DNA from: Eledone cirrhosa
Taxonomy: Eukaryota
NCBI GenBank assembly: GCA_964016885.1
Contig: OZ024742.1
Coordinates: 249,984,001-250,048,000 of the forward strand
Reading direction: 5' to 3'
Length of the DNA stretch: 64,000 nt
Under the pieces are notes generated by a model. It did no database searches, was not told where the DNA came from, and was given only the letters and a program-made list of their open reading frames with translations. Shown here one piece after another: positions 25,561 to 40,182 of this stretch. Every line of letters starts with the position of its first letter. The first letter of the stretch is position 1. Both the position numbers and the translations under genes were made by a program.

Positions 25561-28344
25561 GTTGCTAATTTAAGTGTTAGGCCAAATATTTGGGGACAGG
25601 AGAACAGTGAATTAAATTGGTCCCAATATTTAATTTGGTGAGACTTGAAGCCACAGTGTAAAGAGCTGAAACGATTTTGTCTGATTCTCTAACATTTTTT
25701 TAATCCATCGCCGTACAAGCTATACTATGTAATATGAATCTCTGATAGACATAACCCTATTTACATTTAACAAAGGTTGGTCATTCTCAGGTCTAGAGCC
25801 TCGTAAGTCTGGAGCTTATCGCAGTTTAAACGAGGTTAATTTACTGAAAGAAGGGGACATGATAGGACGCCAGTCCGTCACAATGGCAAATCCAGGTGAT
25901 GGTGTTCATTCTCAACTGAGTTGATTTGAGCAACGTGAAATAAAAAACCCTGCTGAAGGGCACAGAGCTCATGGATACCAAGTTAAATTATAAACACCGA
26001 TCTGTATCAGATGTCAGTTTTAAGGCCTTATATTGAACATTTAGTATTTATTCTTAGCTCATCATTTAAACGATAGACGAGAATCCGAAACGTTAATCAA
26101 CTTTACACTCCCTTCCCTAACAACTGAACTCATCAAATTTTTCTAAGGACTAATTGATGTCACTAGAAAAAATCATTAGTTTGCTCATGTAATGGAATTT
26201 TACCTTATTTGGTAATATCTGTTTGGGTCATTAGAAACCTTTTTTCTGTATGTATTTGGAAGTTTATGTAAATGTTCATATTTCTTGAGATTCCATGAAG
26301 GTTCCAGTGACCATTATCGTGTCAATCTGGCATTACATGCATTACGAATTCTAAATCTGCCAAAGAGATGGGATTCTGACGTTTAGGAGAGTATAAACGG
26401 TGGAAAGCGTGAGAGGAAAAAAAGGAGAGAAGGAATGAGAGAGAGGATAAAAAAGGTGAGAGAGAGGATGAGAAGAGAGGGGGTAGAGAGGGGGAGAGAT
26501 TTATGAAAGGAGGATGAGATAAAGAGGGGGTAAAGAGGGGATGGGAGTGGGGGAGAGAGATTGCATCAAGTTCGTATTTTAGCAGCTCTTGGAAATAGCT
26601 CGAAGACTAGGAATGGTATAGAATGAAGAACACCCCCAGAGTTTTGACAATTCTAAATTCTTCAAGATACTTGACAAGCAGCGCATTTGGCCCTGTAGTG
26701 TATATAATTCCTCATCTTGAATTCCGCCAATTCTAAGATACTCCAGATGAAGAAAGTTATGTTTACCCTTATACAATTCTTGTATATTCTTAATACATTC
26801 TTCTCCCGGATGATTTATGTTTCGGAATGAAATAGAATAGCAATGTGTTGGGGGCTTCCAACATGTTCTAAGTTTCTCTACAAGACATGGCAGAGATAGG
26901 CGCTGGGTGATTAGGCATTCTTAAGTATAACAAAACAATTTCACCCCTGATTGGAACACAGCATATGGAATACGGTTGATCTTTCAATAAAGGAAGTGCA
27001 AAGTGTTAGAATGAAGCTAGCTAAACAAAGAACAAAATATATTTTACAAGAACATAACTCAACAATATTCTAGACATAAGTCAAAAATATTGATATAATG
27101 AAATATGTCAAGATGAAATTCTAAGATGCACTTTCCAACATTTAGGGTCGAATCCACAAATGTTGGGAATGTAATTCACATGTGTAATATTATCTGACAT
27201 CTTATAATTTGGTATTTTATTTGGTAATATTTTATTTGTTAACGGCGGTGGATGCCGCCGGAATGGAATAGGGTGGCGGGAAAAATGGCAATGGGGTGGG
27301 TTGGTGGGTAGAGCGTTGGATAAAGTGGCGGCAGGTATCAGTGTGATGGAGTAATGTGTTGGATAATGTGGCGGCGGCGGATATCAGTCGGATGGGTAGT
27401 GTGTTGGATAAAGTGACGGAAGGAATTAGTGGGATGGAGTAGAGCATCAAATTATGTGGTGGTGGATAGTAGAATGGTGTTGAGTGCCAGAAAAGATAGT
27501 GGTTGAGTGTGATGAGGTGGAGTAGGGCGTGTCGAACAGAATGGCGTTGAATGGCTGTGAGCCGAACAAATGGCCAGGAAAGGCAGAGAAATTGAGGTGG
27601 ATGTCGGTGGAACGGAGGAGAAAGAAGAAGATATTTGCAGAGTAAAGTATTGTGTAGAGGGACGAACAAAATGCCAGTAGATTGACAGAATGGTATAGAA
27701 TACAGGTCAAAGTGGTATTACGAGTTCTGATTTCAAATCTAGCAGGCATCAACTATGCCATTTATTTTTCTGCAAACGATATATTATTCTCCTTATCGTG
27801 TCCACAAGCGTGTCACTTACAAAGCTTGGCTAAATGTGATTCCACCAGAGCTGAACACATTGCTGTCCTTTCTCATTAATCTTTGCCAAGTTCAATGTTG
27901 TGCAGGAGTATTCCAGAAGGGGGAATATCAGGAGGTGCTGCGTAGTCTGTGGTTCGATGCTGCAGTCACTCACAACGTTCCCATCTTTTAAATATCCCCA
28001 TTTTGCAAGATATACTTTTGCACGATATATTAACTACCAATGATATAATGTGGTTTGAACCAGGTAAAAATAGTTCATGTAGTAGTTACAGTAGATTGTT
28101 CCAATGTAAGAGACACAAGCAGAATTTCTTTATGCAAAGTTCTCTCCGTGGCATCTACATATAGAAAATAATGTTTTTATTTAATATTTTAATCCAGTAA
28201 ATTTACTTAAGATTACCTTGGTGTCGTAGAGACTATCTCATATTCAATTGGATTAATCAGTGGATAGAGAACAGCAGTGGGTATGGAGTACATCAGACAA
28301 AACAGTGGTAGATGAAAGAATCGGTAGAGTGACAGATAAATAAT

Positions 28345-28532
28345 TGTTTCTACTTTTGGCACAAGGCCAGCAATAACCCAATACATTACTGGTACTTTAT
28401 TTTTATCGACCACGTAAGGATGAAAGGCAAAGTTAACCTCGGCGGGATTTGAACTCAAACCATAAAGAGGCGTAACTCTTTGCTGCAAAGCATAACGTCA
28501 AACCCTCTACCGATACTGCCGATCCACTGCCC
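28345..28532 (-). mobile_element. SINE family A with 20-bp TSD
   Basis: TAGAGTGACAGATAAATAAT at 28325-28344 and 28533-28552. Confidence 0.92.
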
Positions 28533-28697
28533 TAGAGTGACAGATAAATAATATGTGGCAAAATACAATCGATTGCATACTTTACAATCAATTACGTAAC
28601 TAACAGTCCTTTACCTTCAATAGAATGTACTGGAGTAGATTTAATTGACATTGCCCCTCCTACATTTGCTGGCAGTGTGCTTAAATAGGAATCATGC

Positions 28698-28826
<129 letters not shown>

Positions 28827-29147
28827 TTCAAGAGTAACCAATCTTAAAGAGAGAGATGGAGATAGGAGAGGAGAGATTAGTGAATTAGTTAGAAGCCAAA
28901 GCGTAAAGGCACGTGCTCAATGTGCAATATGCAGTGGTAAGCAGCTAGGTGGCTGGGTTCATGCAGAATTTAGGCGCGCAGATCTTGTTACCCATAGGCA
29001 GATCTGACACAATGCAGCCTCGACAGAAGAATACTGCTTGATTATGGCAGACAATTGATACACCCAGGACACCATAGTGAAATACCAATATATGAAACAT
29101 TACATTATGTAACATTCTTTCCTTAATTTAATTTATATTCCTTTGAA

Positions 29148-29263
29148 GTTCCGATGAGCCGCTCTGACTTTAACTATGTTAATTATTTTCAACTGAACCA
29201 GATCAATAATGATATATAATCCTTTGATCCAGAAATATATGGAGTAGCGAAACAATTGTAAAC
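29148..29263 (+). ncRNA. Hammerhead variant (CCGAUGA core, long stem II insert)
   Basis: GTT-CCGAUGA-GCCGCTC...GAGTAGC-GAAA-CAATTG-UA-AAC; palindromic stem III ACAATTGT. Confidence 0.6.
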
Positions 29264-30192
29264 GGACATTATTATTATTAATATTATTATTATTATTCTC
29301 TACATTCCTTACATCAAACTAAAATATGTTGACAATCTTTTTATAATGTCTTCTTTGTGAAATTTGTGGTCTTGTTTTGCTTAACTAATGAATATATATA
29401 TATATATAAACATACATACACATATTGTTACTACAAAGGACCAACGGATCTATAACTTTTACGTTCTTGGTATGGCTCCAGTGTAGTAACTGGCCTTAAT
29501 AATATATATATATATATATATATATATGGGGGGGGGGGTTATAACTATGAAGGAGAAGTCACTAAGTTAGAATTTACCTCATTAATTTGTTACACAATTG
29601 GTGTTATACGCACTTCGATGGTAACTGTTATGTAACAATTATGACCTCATCAGATAGATATTAGCTGAACAGAAAATTACATGAATAAAATACTCCATCC
29701 CGCTAATACTAGTGTCAGTTGATTAATTAACACAAAATATACCAAGTATATATATAAATATATCTTTACTTGTTTGTTTTACATTTGTTTCGAATATAAT
29801 TAAGGAAAACAATGTTTACCTCGGATACGAGTAGCATTTACAACCTGAAGGGGAAATGTATCGACAGTTGGTATTATTTTATAGAACATCTAAAGTCAGG
29901 AAACTAACCCCTCTACTTCCTCGTCTTAAATCTTTCGTTTATAAAAAGTTTTCTTAAATATAAGATTAAATTAAACACTCCGTACTATATAAATACAGAC
30001 ACTCATACGCGCGCGCGCACACACACACATACACACACACACACACTCACAAACCCTCACAGATACACTCACACATACATATATACATATATCTATCCAT
30101 TTATACATACAAACATATATGCGTGAATGTATATACGTGTGATACCTGTAAGTATGTCTGTATGTTCACGTATGTTTGTGGATGTTTGTAGA

Positions 30193-30225
<33 letters not shown>

Positions 30226-30440
30226 CTTTTTGTGGGTAAGTGTGTAGATATACCAGTTGATAGTGGAGCTAAAATAAAACAAAATTCTCCTAAAAATACA
30301 AGCCTTATCAGATTATCAGATAATCAGGCAGATTATAAATAAGATTGGTCAATCTACCATAAATGCTAACAATGTTAAGAATAGCTATAGCAATAGCAAC
30401 AATAATTGCATTACTACTACTTCCAATAGTAATTAAATAA

Positions 30441-31990
30441 TAATTCGTTCTTTATTGGCCACTAATGTAAATAAGAAAAATATAAAACAAGGGACAATAC
30501 GAATGGGCAAAACAGTGGGGATAAATTAAAATAACAGAATTCACCATTATGGGGAAGCATCAGCCAGGGATAGTTTAGGAATTTCACAAATCTGACGCCT
30601 TCCTAATCATCAAGAACATCATAGGAATGTGCCCTGTTTCTCTCTAAACTATTCAGTATAAAGAAGCATATTCGAATTGGCCCATTCACTCGGGCATCCT
30701 CTCTTTATTTATCGACATTTTCAAAAACGTTCGTAGGGAGGTGGCGCAACACTTGACTCTTCCCCATCATGTTCTTTTCCAAATGGTACTTGAAAAAGTT
30801 GATGTAGGCTCGGCCAAAGTAGAAAGTGTCTGTCTTCAGTCCTTTCAGTCGCGTCCTTCACAAACCCCATTTTGCTACAGCCACCAGACAGAGGAAAACT
30901 GTCTATCCATCTCGCCCTAAGGATTGAATGATTCTCACGATTATGTCGGCCGATAGGCAGATCCGTCTTCCCGTGATAACAGCTGTTTGACAAATCCCCG
31001 GAAGTTAGCAATTCTCGGACACTGGAAGAATGCATGCAAAACGATTTTGTCGCTCTGCATGCATCTCAGACAGGTTTGTCTAAAAGCACTTCCGTACTTG
31101 CAGAATTTGTTTCGAATCGGCTGTGCCACTCGGTAACATTGGCGGATCAGGATTTTCTAGAAACTCCTAATGATCTGACTCGCCAGTTCGTTTTCATCGA
31201 CATTTAAATGACTGTCCGAGAAGGTTGTTGCATATGCTCCCCATTAGTCATTTATAGTATGCTAACGTGGAATTTAATCTGACAGAACTGTCCTATTATA
31301 AAAGGAACGTGGACGCCCTGATAAAATTCTAGATGTGAGGCCAGTAGTCAGGTCATAACAGATAACGGCCAATTTCTTCGTAATAATGACTATTCGTTAT
31401 CTCGTCCGAGTTCCTATCATCCTGGAGATATGGGCCTAATCAGACCCCTTGCAACCTAACCGGTACATGCATTATGCGTGCAACGACGCTGTTGAACGGC
31501 ATGGATTTGCCTCTCCAGTTGCGTAGTTGCAAATCCACCGATTTCTCCGGGTTGATTATAGCTTCATTCCACGTTTAATATCCGACTAAGAAGTTACCGA
31601 CCACCTCGATTTCTGACAGTGACTTCAACCTCATATGGCGCCACAAACCTTCATTGTCCCGGTTCAAAATGAATGCTCTGCAACAGCTGGAGCTTCCGCA
31701 GTAATGGATCACGTGTCAGCACATACGGAAGGAAGGAGAGAGAACATCCTTACCAGACTGATACGTGATCTAAAACGGTTCCTATAGGTGACGATTTACT
31801 CTAACCAGAATGTATTGGTCACTACAAGAGACCACGAAGTGTTTTACGACTAGGGCTTCATTTTGAAAAGCACTGAAACGGTTCCAAATTTCCTTCATTT
31901 AGCAATATGCTGGATGCCAACACCCCTGGTAGGACGGCTTGTCGACTGAAGTCTTATCTAATTTGACAGGTTTAGCCACTCGTGCCAAAC
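30441..31990 (-). mobile_element. Decayed L1/Tx1-like LINE, 3' part
   Basis: GCSLSP...DPLLRKL and INPEKSVDLQLRNWRGKSMP (RT remnants); CCHC knuckle CLRCMQSDKIVLHAFFQC; AATAAA near 30451. Confidence 0.7.
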
Positions 31991-32049
31991 AATATTCATT
32001 GTCTATTAAGTCTACATCAAACATTTGTGTTTTTTGCAACCTTTACTGC

Positions 32050-32400
32050 AAATGACTTATTGTTGTTGTTAATCCTGTTCTTCTTGTTGTTATTATTGTT
32101 AATGTTGTTATTGTTGCCGTTTATATTGTCATTGTTGTCTGTATTACTCTTACATTTGTTGTTTGTTTCTGTTATCTTTGTTGTTCTTGCAGTGATGGTG
32201 TTGGTGGTGGTGTTGGTGGTATTGTTGGTGGTGTTGGTAGTGTTGTTGGTGGTGGTGTTAGTGGTGGTGGTGGTGGTGGTGGTGGTGGTGGTGGTGGTGA
32301 TGGTGATGGTGATGGTGTTGGCGGTGCCAGTGGTGGTGCCACTGGTATTGGTAGTGGCACTGTCTGTGTTGTGGTTATTTTGTGTTGTTTGTTTTGTCTT
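32050..32400. repeat. (GTT)n/(GGT)n low-complexity tract
   Basis: Read directly. Confidence 0.85.
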
Positions 32401-33101
32401 GTGGTTCTTGCGAAAGTAACGGAGGTGGGAATGTTTTTAATAGCGGGAAGTTTGCTTCATATTTCTCCCGCACAGAGTTATGGTTGTTATTGATGTTGTT
32501 GCGACTGCTATCATTGTTTTTATATCGTAGGCTGTTCATTTCAGCGCGTGAAGTTTTATAAAGAATGAGGGGTTATTTTGAGAAAATAAACACAAATTTA
32601 GCTCTTAAGCACTCCAGATTGGATTAAAACAGCCAGCTCTATAAGAAGATGGATGGGTGGGTCAGAAAACAATATATAATGTTCAGACAAAAATGTTTTA
32701 AAGCACGTAAAGAGACAGCTTACTCCATCGATGTGTACCACGTCTCGTGAAATGCAATACAAACAACTACACTAAGAATTTTATAAAATATAATAATAAT
32801 AATAAAATTGAATTTTATTTTATTTCACTTTATTTCGTGTTTTACTATCACCATGTGATGGTGGTCATGTCTTTCTGGACTGCTAGGCTCTCCCATTCTC
32901 CCTCTCTACTATCTGTGTCTGTCATTTTTGCTTTTACTTTACCTATGATATTTCCTTAATAAGTACCTATCTCGACCAATAACTATAGTATATGCATAAG
33001 GCTATTGCAACGTCCGAAATTTCAAACTGCAAAATGTAATTCAATTTTATATTCAATTTTAATTTATTTTATTTCATTTCATTTTTTCTACCATCATGTA
33101 G

Positions 33102-33125
33102 AACCCTAACCCTAACCCTAACCCT
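33102..33125 (-). repeat. Short (TTAGGG)4 telomere-type repeat
   Basis: AACCCT x4 on +. Confidence 0.85.
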
Positions 33126-35450
33126 CTAATTCTGGAAAACAGTATGGTGTTCAGAAACATTTCATAAGGCGGATGCAGAGTGGATAAAGAACATTGAAGA
33201 AACATACAATAATTTACAAAGGCAGACTTGGCAAAACATAACTATGAAAGAACTGGAGTTGGCACTAAAGAAATTCAACAAATAGAAATCCCCTGGCAAT
33301 GATAAAGTGCCAAACGTCTAGTTATCTTCGCTATATCTACCCATGATATGTTGGTAAAATGTTGTAACGAAATTATGTACAATCCTGAGAAGACCCCTGA
33401 TTGGTTTGCACACGGTATAATATATCTCTTACCAAAATCGACAGAAACTAATATAATATTCCAAAATGTTATCTTCCCATCACTTGCATTCTCACATCAT
33501 ACAAAATTCTTACCTTAATCGTGACTGAGACAGCCTACACATTTATGGATAAATTTCATATTTTACTTATTGAGCAGAAAGGTTTTCGCTGTGGGTCTTA
33601 CGTGTGCAAAGACCAACTTCTCATTAACCGTAGAATTCTGGAAAACTGTCATAAAAGTATAGAAATCAGAGTAGGCATTGGAAAGCATTTGACAGTGTTC
33701 ACTACTCATGGACATTGAAAACTTTGGATGTTCCCAGTAATATCAAACTTCCTGAAATAAAGCATGTCTATATGGAATACAGATCTATCACTGTCACACA
33801 GTAATGGAACTATAAATTCCAGCAGCATAACAATTAGTATTTTGCAAAGTGATCTTTTCACCTCTGATATTTTGCATTACACTCACACTTCTGTCTTAGC
33901 GTACAAGAAAACAAAATACGACTACAAAATAAAGAGCAAAACCATATATCATCTGTTTTATATGGATGACTTGAAGTTGTATGCAAAAGATGACAACGAA
34001 TTTGACGGACTGCTAAAGACAGTTAAGTTGGTCATGGAAGATGTAGGGATGGAGTTTGGACTGGAAAAATGCGCCAAAGCAACATTCAAGAAAGGCAGGA
34101 TGGCAATCACAAACTCAGTGGAAATAGATGTGAATACAGTAATTAGGGAACTAGACATGGAAAAAGCTTACAGATATCTAAGGATCAATGAAGGCCAAGG
34201 TATCTCTAGGCCAGCATGAAAGAGAGAATCAAGAAAGAGAGAATCAGGACAGTATGGAGTATGGGCTGTCTTGGAAACAGAGCTTAACTTGAGAAATAAA
34301 CTATCTACCATAAATGCGCTTGCAATCCCAGTTATCACCTACAGTTTTAATACCATAAATTGGAACGTTAATGAAATTAAAAGAATGGATACCAAAATTA
34401 GCACACTTTTGACTTGCAATAAAATACATCACCCAAAAAGCAGATGTGGATTGTTTCTATATCCCCAGACAAAACTGAAGTAGTATATTGATCCAGATCG
34501 AGCTTTCATACAGGGTATTGACCATTGGACTCGATCAGTGATGACAATCATTGCAAACCAGCGAAAGGAAGAAGAGGAGGTAACATTCAGTCACAAAGGA
34601 AATTAGAAATCTTGCGGAAGAATTGAGATTACATTTTGAAAATGATGGCGATTCTGCAATTAACGCTGCAAAGGATATCAAAGTGTTGGCAAAACATGAA
34701 GGCCAACAGAGAATGTGCACTAAATGGAAGCTGACACCGCTGCATGGGCAGTATGTTCTCTCTAACAAAGAACCTAGTATAGATCAAACTCTCACCCATA
34801 GGTGCCTGAAGAGATCTGAGCTGACGGCAGAGAGTGAGGATTTCATTTTGGCTGCACAAACCTGTGTTTTTCAGTGCCCAACTCTCAAGTCATTGTGATC
34901 AGAAATGGAATCGACCCAAAATGTCAATTCTGTGATGAGTATGTTAAGACCATTGATCAACTGGTTTCAGGCTGCAAATTATTAACTCCGTAGGAATATA
35001 AAATGAGGCGTGATAGAGTGGGGCAATACTTACACTGGGATTTTCCTATGAATACTGACAGAACAATGAAGGCCGTCAGACCTGATATAATTAGGAGCAC
35101 GATAAAGAGAAACATAATTCGTAATTGACACGAGCATTTAATAATGGTAATATACCTACTAAAGAAATAGAGAAATTATCCAAATATAAATATATAAGGA
35201 CGGACAGAAATAACCCGACAATGAATAATAAAAACAGAAACAACACCTATAATAATAGATGCTCTAGGAATGATAGCAAACACACAGAAAGATACATAAC
35301 CAAAACCCCAGCATTCACAAAGATATACAGCATACAAAAAAAATAGCATTACTGGGCTCTGCACACATACTATGAAGAGTACTCTCAATACAATCGAAAC
35401 AACACCACCAAAACCCATACTGCACGTATTCATGTCTCACAGAGTTGTGT
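33126..35450 (+). mobile_element. Decayed R4/Dong-clade non-LTR retrotransposon (RT + CCHC + REL endonuclease)
   Basis: HLFYMDDLKLYAK, MEFGLEKCAK, INALAIPVITYSF, PLHGQY, CQFCDEYVKTIDQLVSGC, RPDII, KEIEKLSKY, ALLGSAHIL across broken frames. Confidence 0.9.
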
Positions 35451-35574
35451 TCAATAATGCAGTGACGACTCTTGATAAAAATTAGACTAATAACAAGAAC
35501 AATCACTCCTAGATTAAGCCCACAAAAAGCCAAGGTCAACTTGCCCGCAAGGTGCATGCTTAGAACCCGGCCCA

Positions 35575-36460
35575 TTCACACTGGTTTTCCTTTTCAATTA
35601 GTGGTTGTGGTGTTGCAGTTGTTGCTGGTGTAGGTATTGAGGGTGGTTTATAGCTTTTGCTTTTTTTCTGTGCTCTTTTCTTGTTGGCGAAGTCAAAAGA
35701 TTTTTTTCTTTTATTTCTTTTTTATGCGTGACTGATTGCCACTCCCCTCCCTCGTCACAAACCACGTCCGACATTGCCATCTTGGGGGAGGGGAACATGT
35801 CTTCGTGTGTTGTTGATATTGCTGTTGTCACGTGTGCCGGTGTTTGTTCTGGCATAGTTGGTGCTTTTGTAATGCATCTGTTGTTTTAGCAGTTATAGCT
35901 GCTGGTGGGTCCTTCCGGCTAGTGATGTTTTTTTCATTATAGCCGCTGCTGTTTGTGTGGCTTGCGGAATGGTATATGTTATTGGGAGGAGAACAGGCCG
36001 TTCCTCCCTCGTGGTCTGTTATTGGCCGGAAACGTTGTGGTGGTATTTTTCGTCCTAAGCTTTCACGAGAATATTGGCCCCGTTGGCGCGGTCAATTATA
36101 TCGGGGACAGCCTCGTTTGGATGAGTAGCTTTTTCCCTATCATGGACCAGTTTTTTATAGAACTCTAGTATGCTTCTTTTGTCCTCGACGTCTATGTGGA
36201 CGGCTGTTACGAATTAATTAGTGGCTATTACGAGTGGGATCTGAGTCTCACTGACCTTTTCCCATATCTAGCCATGATCGAATGGCACCCGTGCCAACTC
36301 GTGAAACTTGTGTGATAAAGCATCCTGCCGGGTGGCAAACATCACATCCACACACCCAAATGATTTACTTCGGGTGAAATGGGTTTCACTCGCTTGAATA
36401 CATCACAAAGCTTTTTTGGATTTGGGCCACCATGGACCGCTCCACGCGAAGTGACTTACC
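35575..36460 (-). mobile_element. Possible decayed LINE fragment (ORF1/APE-like)
   Basis: EWQSVTHKK-type low-complexity segment and an ASETHF motif only. Confidence 0.3.
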
Positions 36461-36603
36461 TCTAATTTTGTTGTACATCATCGTACATGTTACAGAGCAA
36501 ACGAAACAAAATATTTTTATCATAATGTAAAACTATTTTATCTTTGATAGCAGAGCTGCCTTATGTTTAGTGTAAACATATAGCATATATTTTCTGATAC
36601 ACC

Positions 36604-36671
<68 letters not shown>

Positions 36672-36790
36672 GCGTGTGTGTGTGTATGTGTGTGAGTGTG
36701 AGTGTCTTTGTGTGTATGTATGTGGGAGTGTGTGTGCAGATGGAGAGGGGTATACATGTATATGCATATATAAATATATATATATATATA

Positions 36791-37010
36791 TAACGAAGGA
36801 AGAGTGGTAAGGAACCAGATGTACCATAACGTACCAGAGTACTGAATACTTAGGGTAGTAGATTGGGTAATAGGAAAATGTTTGACCCCGACGGCAGAGC
36901 TCAAGCCGTTTCGACGGCTATTTCTGGACTAATAGCCGTCGACGGCTATTAGTCCAGAAATAGCCGTCGAAACGGCTTGATCTCTGCCGTCGGGGTCAAA
37001 CATTTTCCTA
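36791..37010 (-). mobile_element. Fold-back PLE terminal fragment (family P), copy 2
   Basis: Near-perfect palindrome 36871-37010 centred GTC|GAC at 36940/41, plus shared tail; (TA)n on both sides. Confidence 0.85.
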
Positions 37011-37240
37011 TATATATATGTATATATATATATATGTGTGTGTGTATGTGTGTGTGTGTCTGTATGTATATATATATATTTGTGTGTGTGTGTGTGTATG
37101 AGAATGTATGTATGTTTGTATATCTGTACGTGTGTATGTGAGTGTTTATTTGTATGAATGCATGAATGCATGTATGTATGTATGTATGTATGTATGTATG
37201 TATGTATGTATGTATGTATGTATGTATGTATGTATGTATT

Positions 37241-37825
37241 TACAACCTGTCTCATGGTCGGGTTGTTGGCGACTAAACTGGCAACCCCACCAAGGTTTCT
37301 TGGTGAGGAGGGTGACCGTGGACATCCTGCAGGACTAAAAACAAAACCTGTCAAAGGGCAAAGGAGCTCTTAAGAGTCAATGGCCATCCAAAATCACCGG
37401 GAGAGATGACCCTTAGCCTTTGTCAAGGCAGAATTCTAGGAGAAGGAAAACTCTGATATAACACCTGCAACCCTGACGGTATCCAATGATTTTGACTTGT
37501 TCTTCTTTTTGGTAAATATCATCTTGGTTAAGAGAGTGGGACTGGCTTTGTGCAGTGCCTTTGCTCACTATAAAAGCTTCACGGCACAGGCATTGCTTTA
37601 TATCTGGAGATCTCTGCACTTTTCATCACATGGTACCATGGGCCCAGCACTATGTGTCAATAATTGTCACAAGTGTAGTGTTTGTACCAGAGTTTTCAAG
37701 TCGCTGGCTGGACTAAAAAGTCACACTCGTTCAGCGCATCGGTAGGAGTTCTCCTACATGGATATAAAGTAGTGGCCGTACTCGAAAACGAGTTGGCAGC
37801 CACCATGCATTTATTTATGTATGTA
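37241..37825 (+). mobile_element. Non-autonomous bipartite RTE-derived element, longest copy
   Basis: 37395-37600 aligns with the RTE 5'UTR (revcomp of about 50360-50582); 3' end encodes a C2H2 finger matching the RTE terminal finger; flanked by (TATG)n. Confidence 0.8.
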
Positions 37826-38137
37826 AGCTGGTCTATGTTTACGTTAGCGTCTGTGTCTGCAATTAGGGATTGACAAATAAATGCCAGACTTGCAACAATA
37901 TATCTACCTGGGTCGATGAAATCGACAAAATCATGTTGGTGCCCCAGTATGGGCGGGCGTCTGAGAGAAACCTGTCAAAATATAAAATAATATTAGTTAA
38001 AAGCCGGCAACAATGGTAGACAATGTTTAGTAAGGTAGAACAAGACAAAAGACATATTGTAGCAGTTGTTACTGTTTTTTCATTGAAACATGAAACATGA
38101 AATATGAAGCTGGCTGGTCTATATATAAATACTGTCC

Positions 38138-39235
38138 TATACGCACACACAGACACACGTACAAATACACACGCTGATACTCACAAACTCACACTGATAT
38201 ACGTATACGTATGTATATATACACACACAAACACATATACACACGCACATACTCAAAAACACACACCCACATACATATACACATGTACATATACATATAC
38301 AAACATCTATACACACATACACGCATACACGCGTATACACAGTTACCGAGATACACACGCATACTTATACACACGCAAAACATCAACACTCACACACATA
38401 CGCACACACACAGATAAACAGATACACAGATACACACCCAAACACACCCCACTCACACATATCCTTATTCACACATGTACACTTACGCAAACGTACACAC
38501 CATGCACACACATGCATACATACTCACATACAAACACATATATAAATACATGCATACATAAAAAGAAACAAGCGTATATACATACATACACATATCTACA
38601 TACGTACATCCATTCATACATATATACATACATACATGCATGCATACATACATACATACATACATACATACATAGAAACAGACAGTCGTACTCAGAAGCA
38701 GACATATATACATACATACACACATACACATATCCATACATACACACATACACATAGACAGACAGAGGTACACACATTCATACAAACATACATACAGATA
38801 TACGTACATGCATACATACATACACATATATACGTATAAACAGACAGTCGTACACAGAAACAAACGCATATATATACATACATACACGCATAAACCTATA
38901 CATAGATACTGACAGACGCACCAACGTATACACATTCACAAAAAACATACATACATACAAGCATACATACAAACATACACATATATACATACACATATAT
39001 ACATACAAACAGTCCTGCACAGAAAGAGACGTATATTCATACATACAGACATACACATATGCATATATATAGACAGACGTACACACATTCATACAAGCAT
39101 ACATACATATACACATACATACATACATACATACATACATACATACATACATACATACATACATACATACATACATACATACATACATACATACATTTAC
39201 ACACATATAGATATATACATATACATATATACATA
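38138..39235. repeat. Degenerate (CA)n/(TACA)n low-complexity tract
   Basis: Read directly. Confidence 0.9.
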
Positions 39236-39442
39236 CTGTTCTGACGTAAGAAAGAGAAGAATGAAGAAAGCTGAGTAGACTTGATTTTTACGCGGAAAAA
39301 ATTTCGAATCCTTAGTTGACGTCGTAAGACAGCTGTGTAATGAATAAATGACCTTCAAGACAGCGTAAAGTCGAATCAGTTGTTGCATCTGTCACGCACG
39401 GAGTGGAATGGCGGAGCGGGGGTTTGAGGTAGGAGAATGAAA

Positions 39443-39477
<35 letters not shown>

Positions 39478-39724
39478 ATGAATGACTAAAAAATAAATAA
39501 ATAAATAAATAACTAAAATAAGATATAATAAATAAAGAAAAACATTTCGCATGCTTCGATGTTAATTCTCACCTTCTAAGTAGATTCTTCCGGTTTTCCT
39601 GTTTCGGAATATATTTATATCTTGTTTGTCAGTCTGTCTTTTTGTATACATATATATGCATATAAATATGTGTTTATGTGTATATAAGTATATAAGCATG
39701 TCTATATATGCATATGTATATATG

Positions 39725-39764
<40 letters not shown>

Positions 39765-39785
39765 GGGGGGGGGTCTGTATGTGTT

Positions 39786-39837
<52 letters not shown>

Positions 39838-40182
39838 TGTGTGCGTGTGTTAATATATATATACATATATATATATACATATACGTATACATGAACACAC
39901 ACACATACTCATACACACATATATATATATAATACATATACATGCATGTATATATGTATGTATATGTATGTTTGTCCGTTTCTCCTTCTGTTACTTCCGC
40001 TTTTCACTCACCGTTTGTACATACCCGCATTTTTCTCCTTCATTCCCCTCTCCACGTAAATACATGCTACATACACAATATCATACACACACACATACAA
40101 AATTACATGCATACATACATATAATCATGCATACATTTATACATATATACACAATGACATTCATATACATTAATGGATACTG

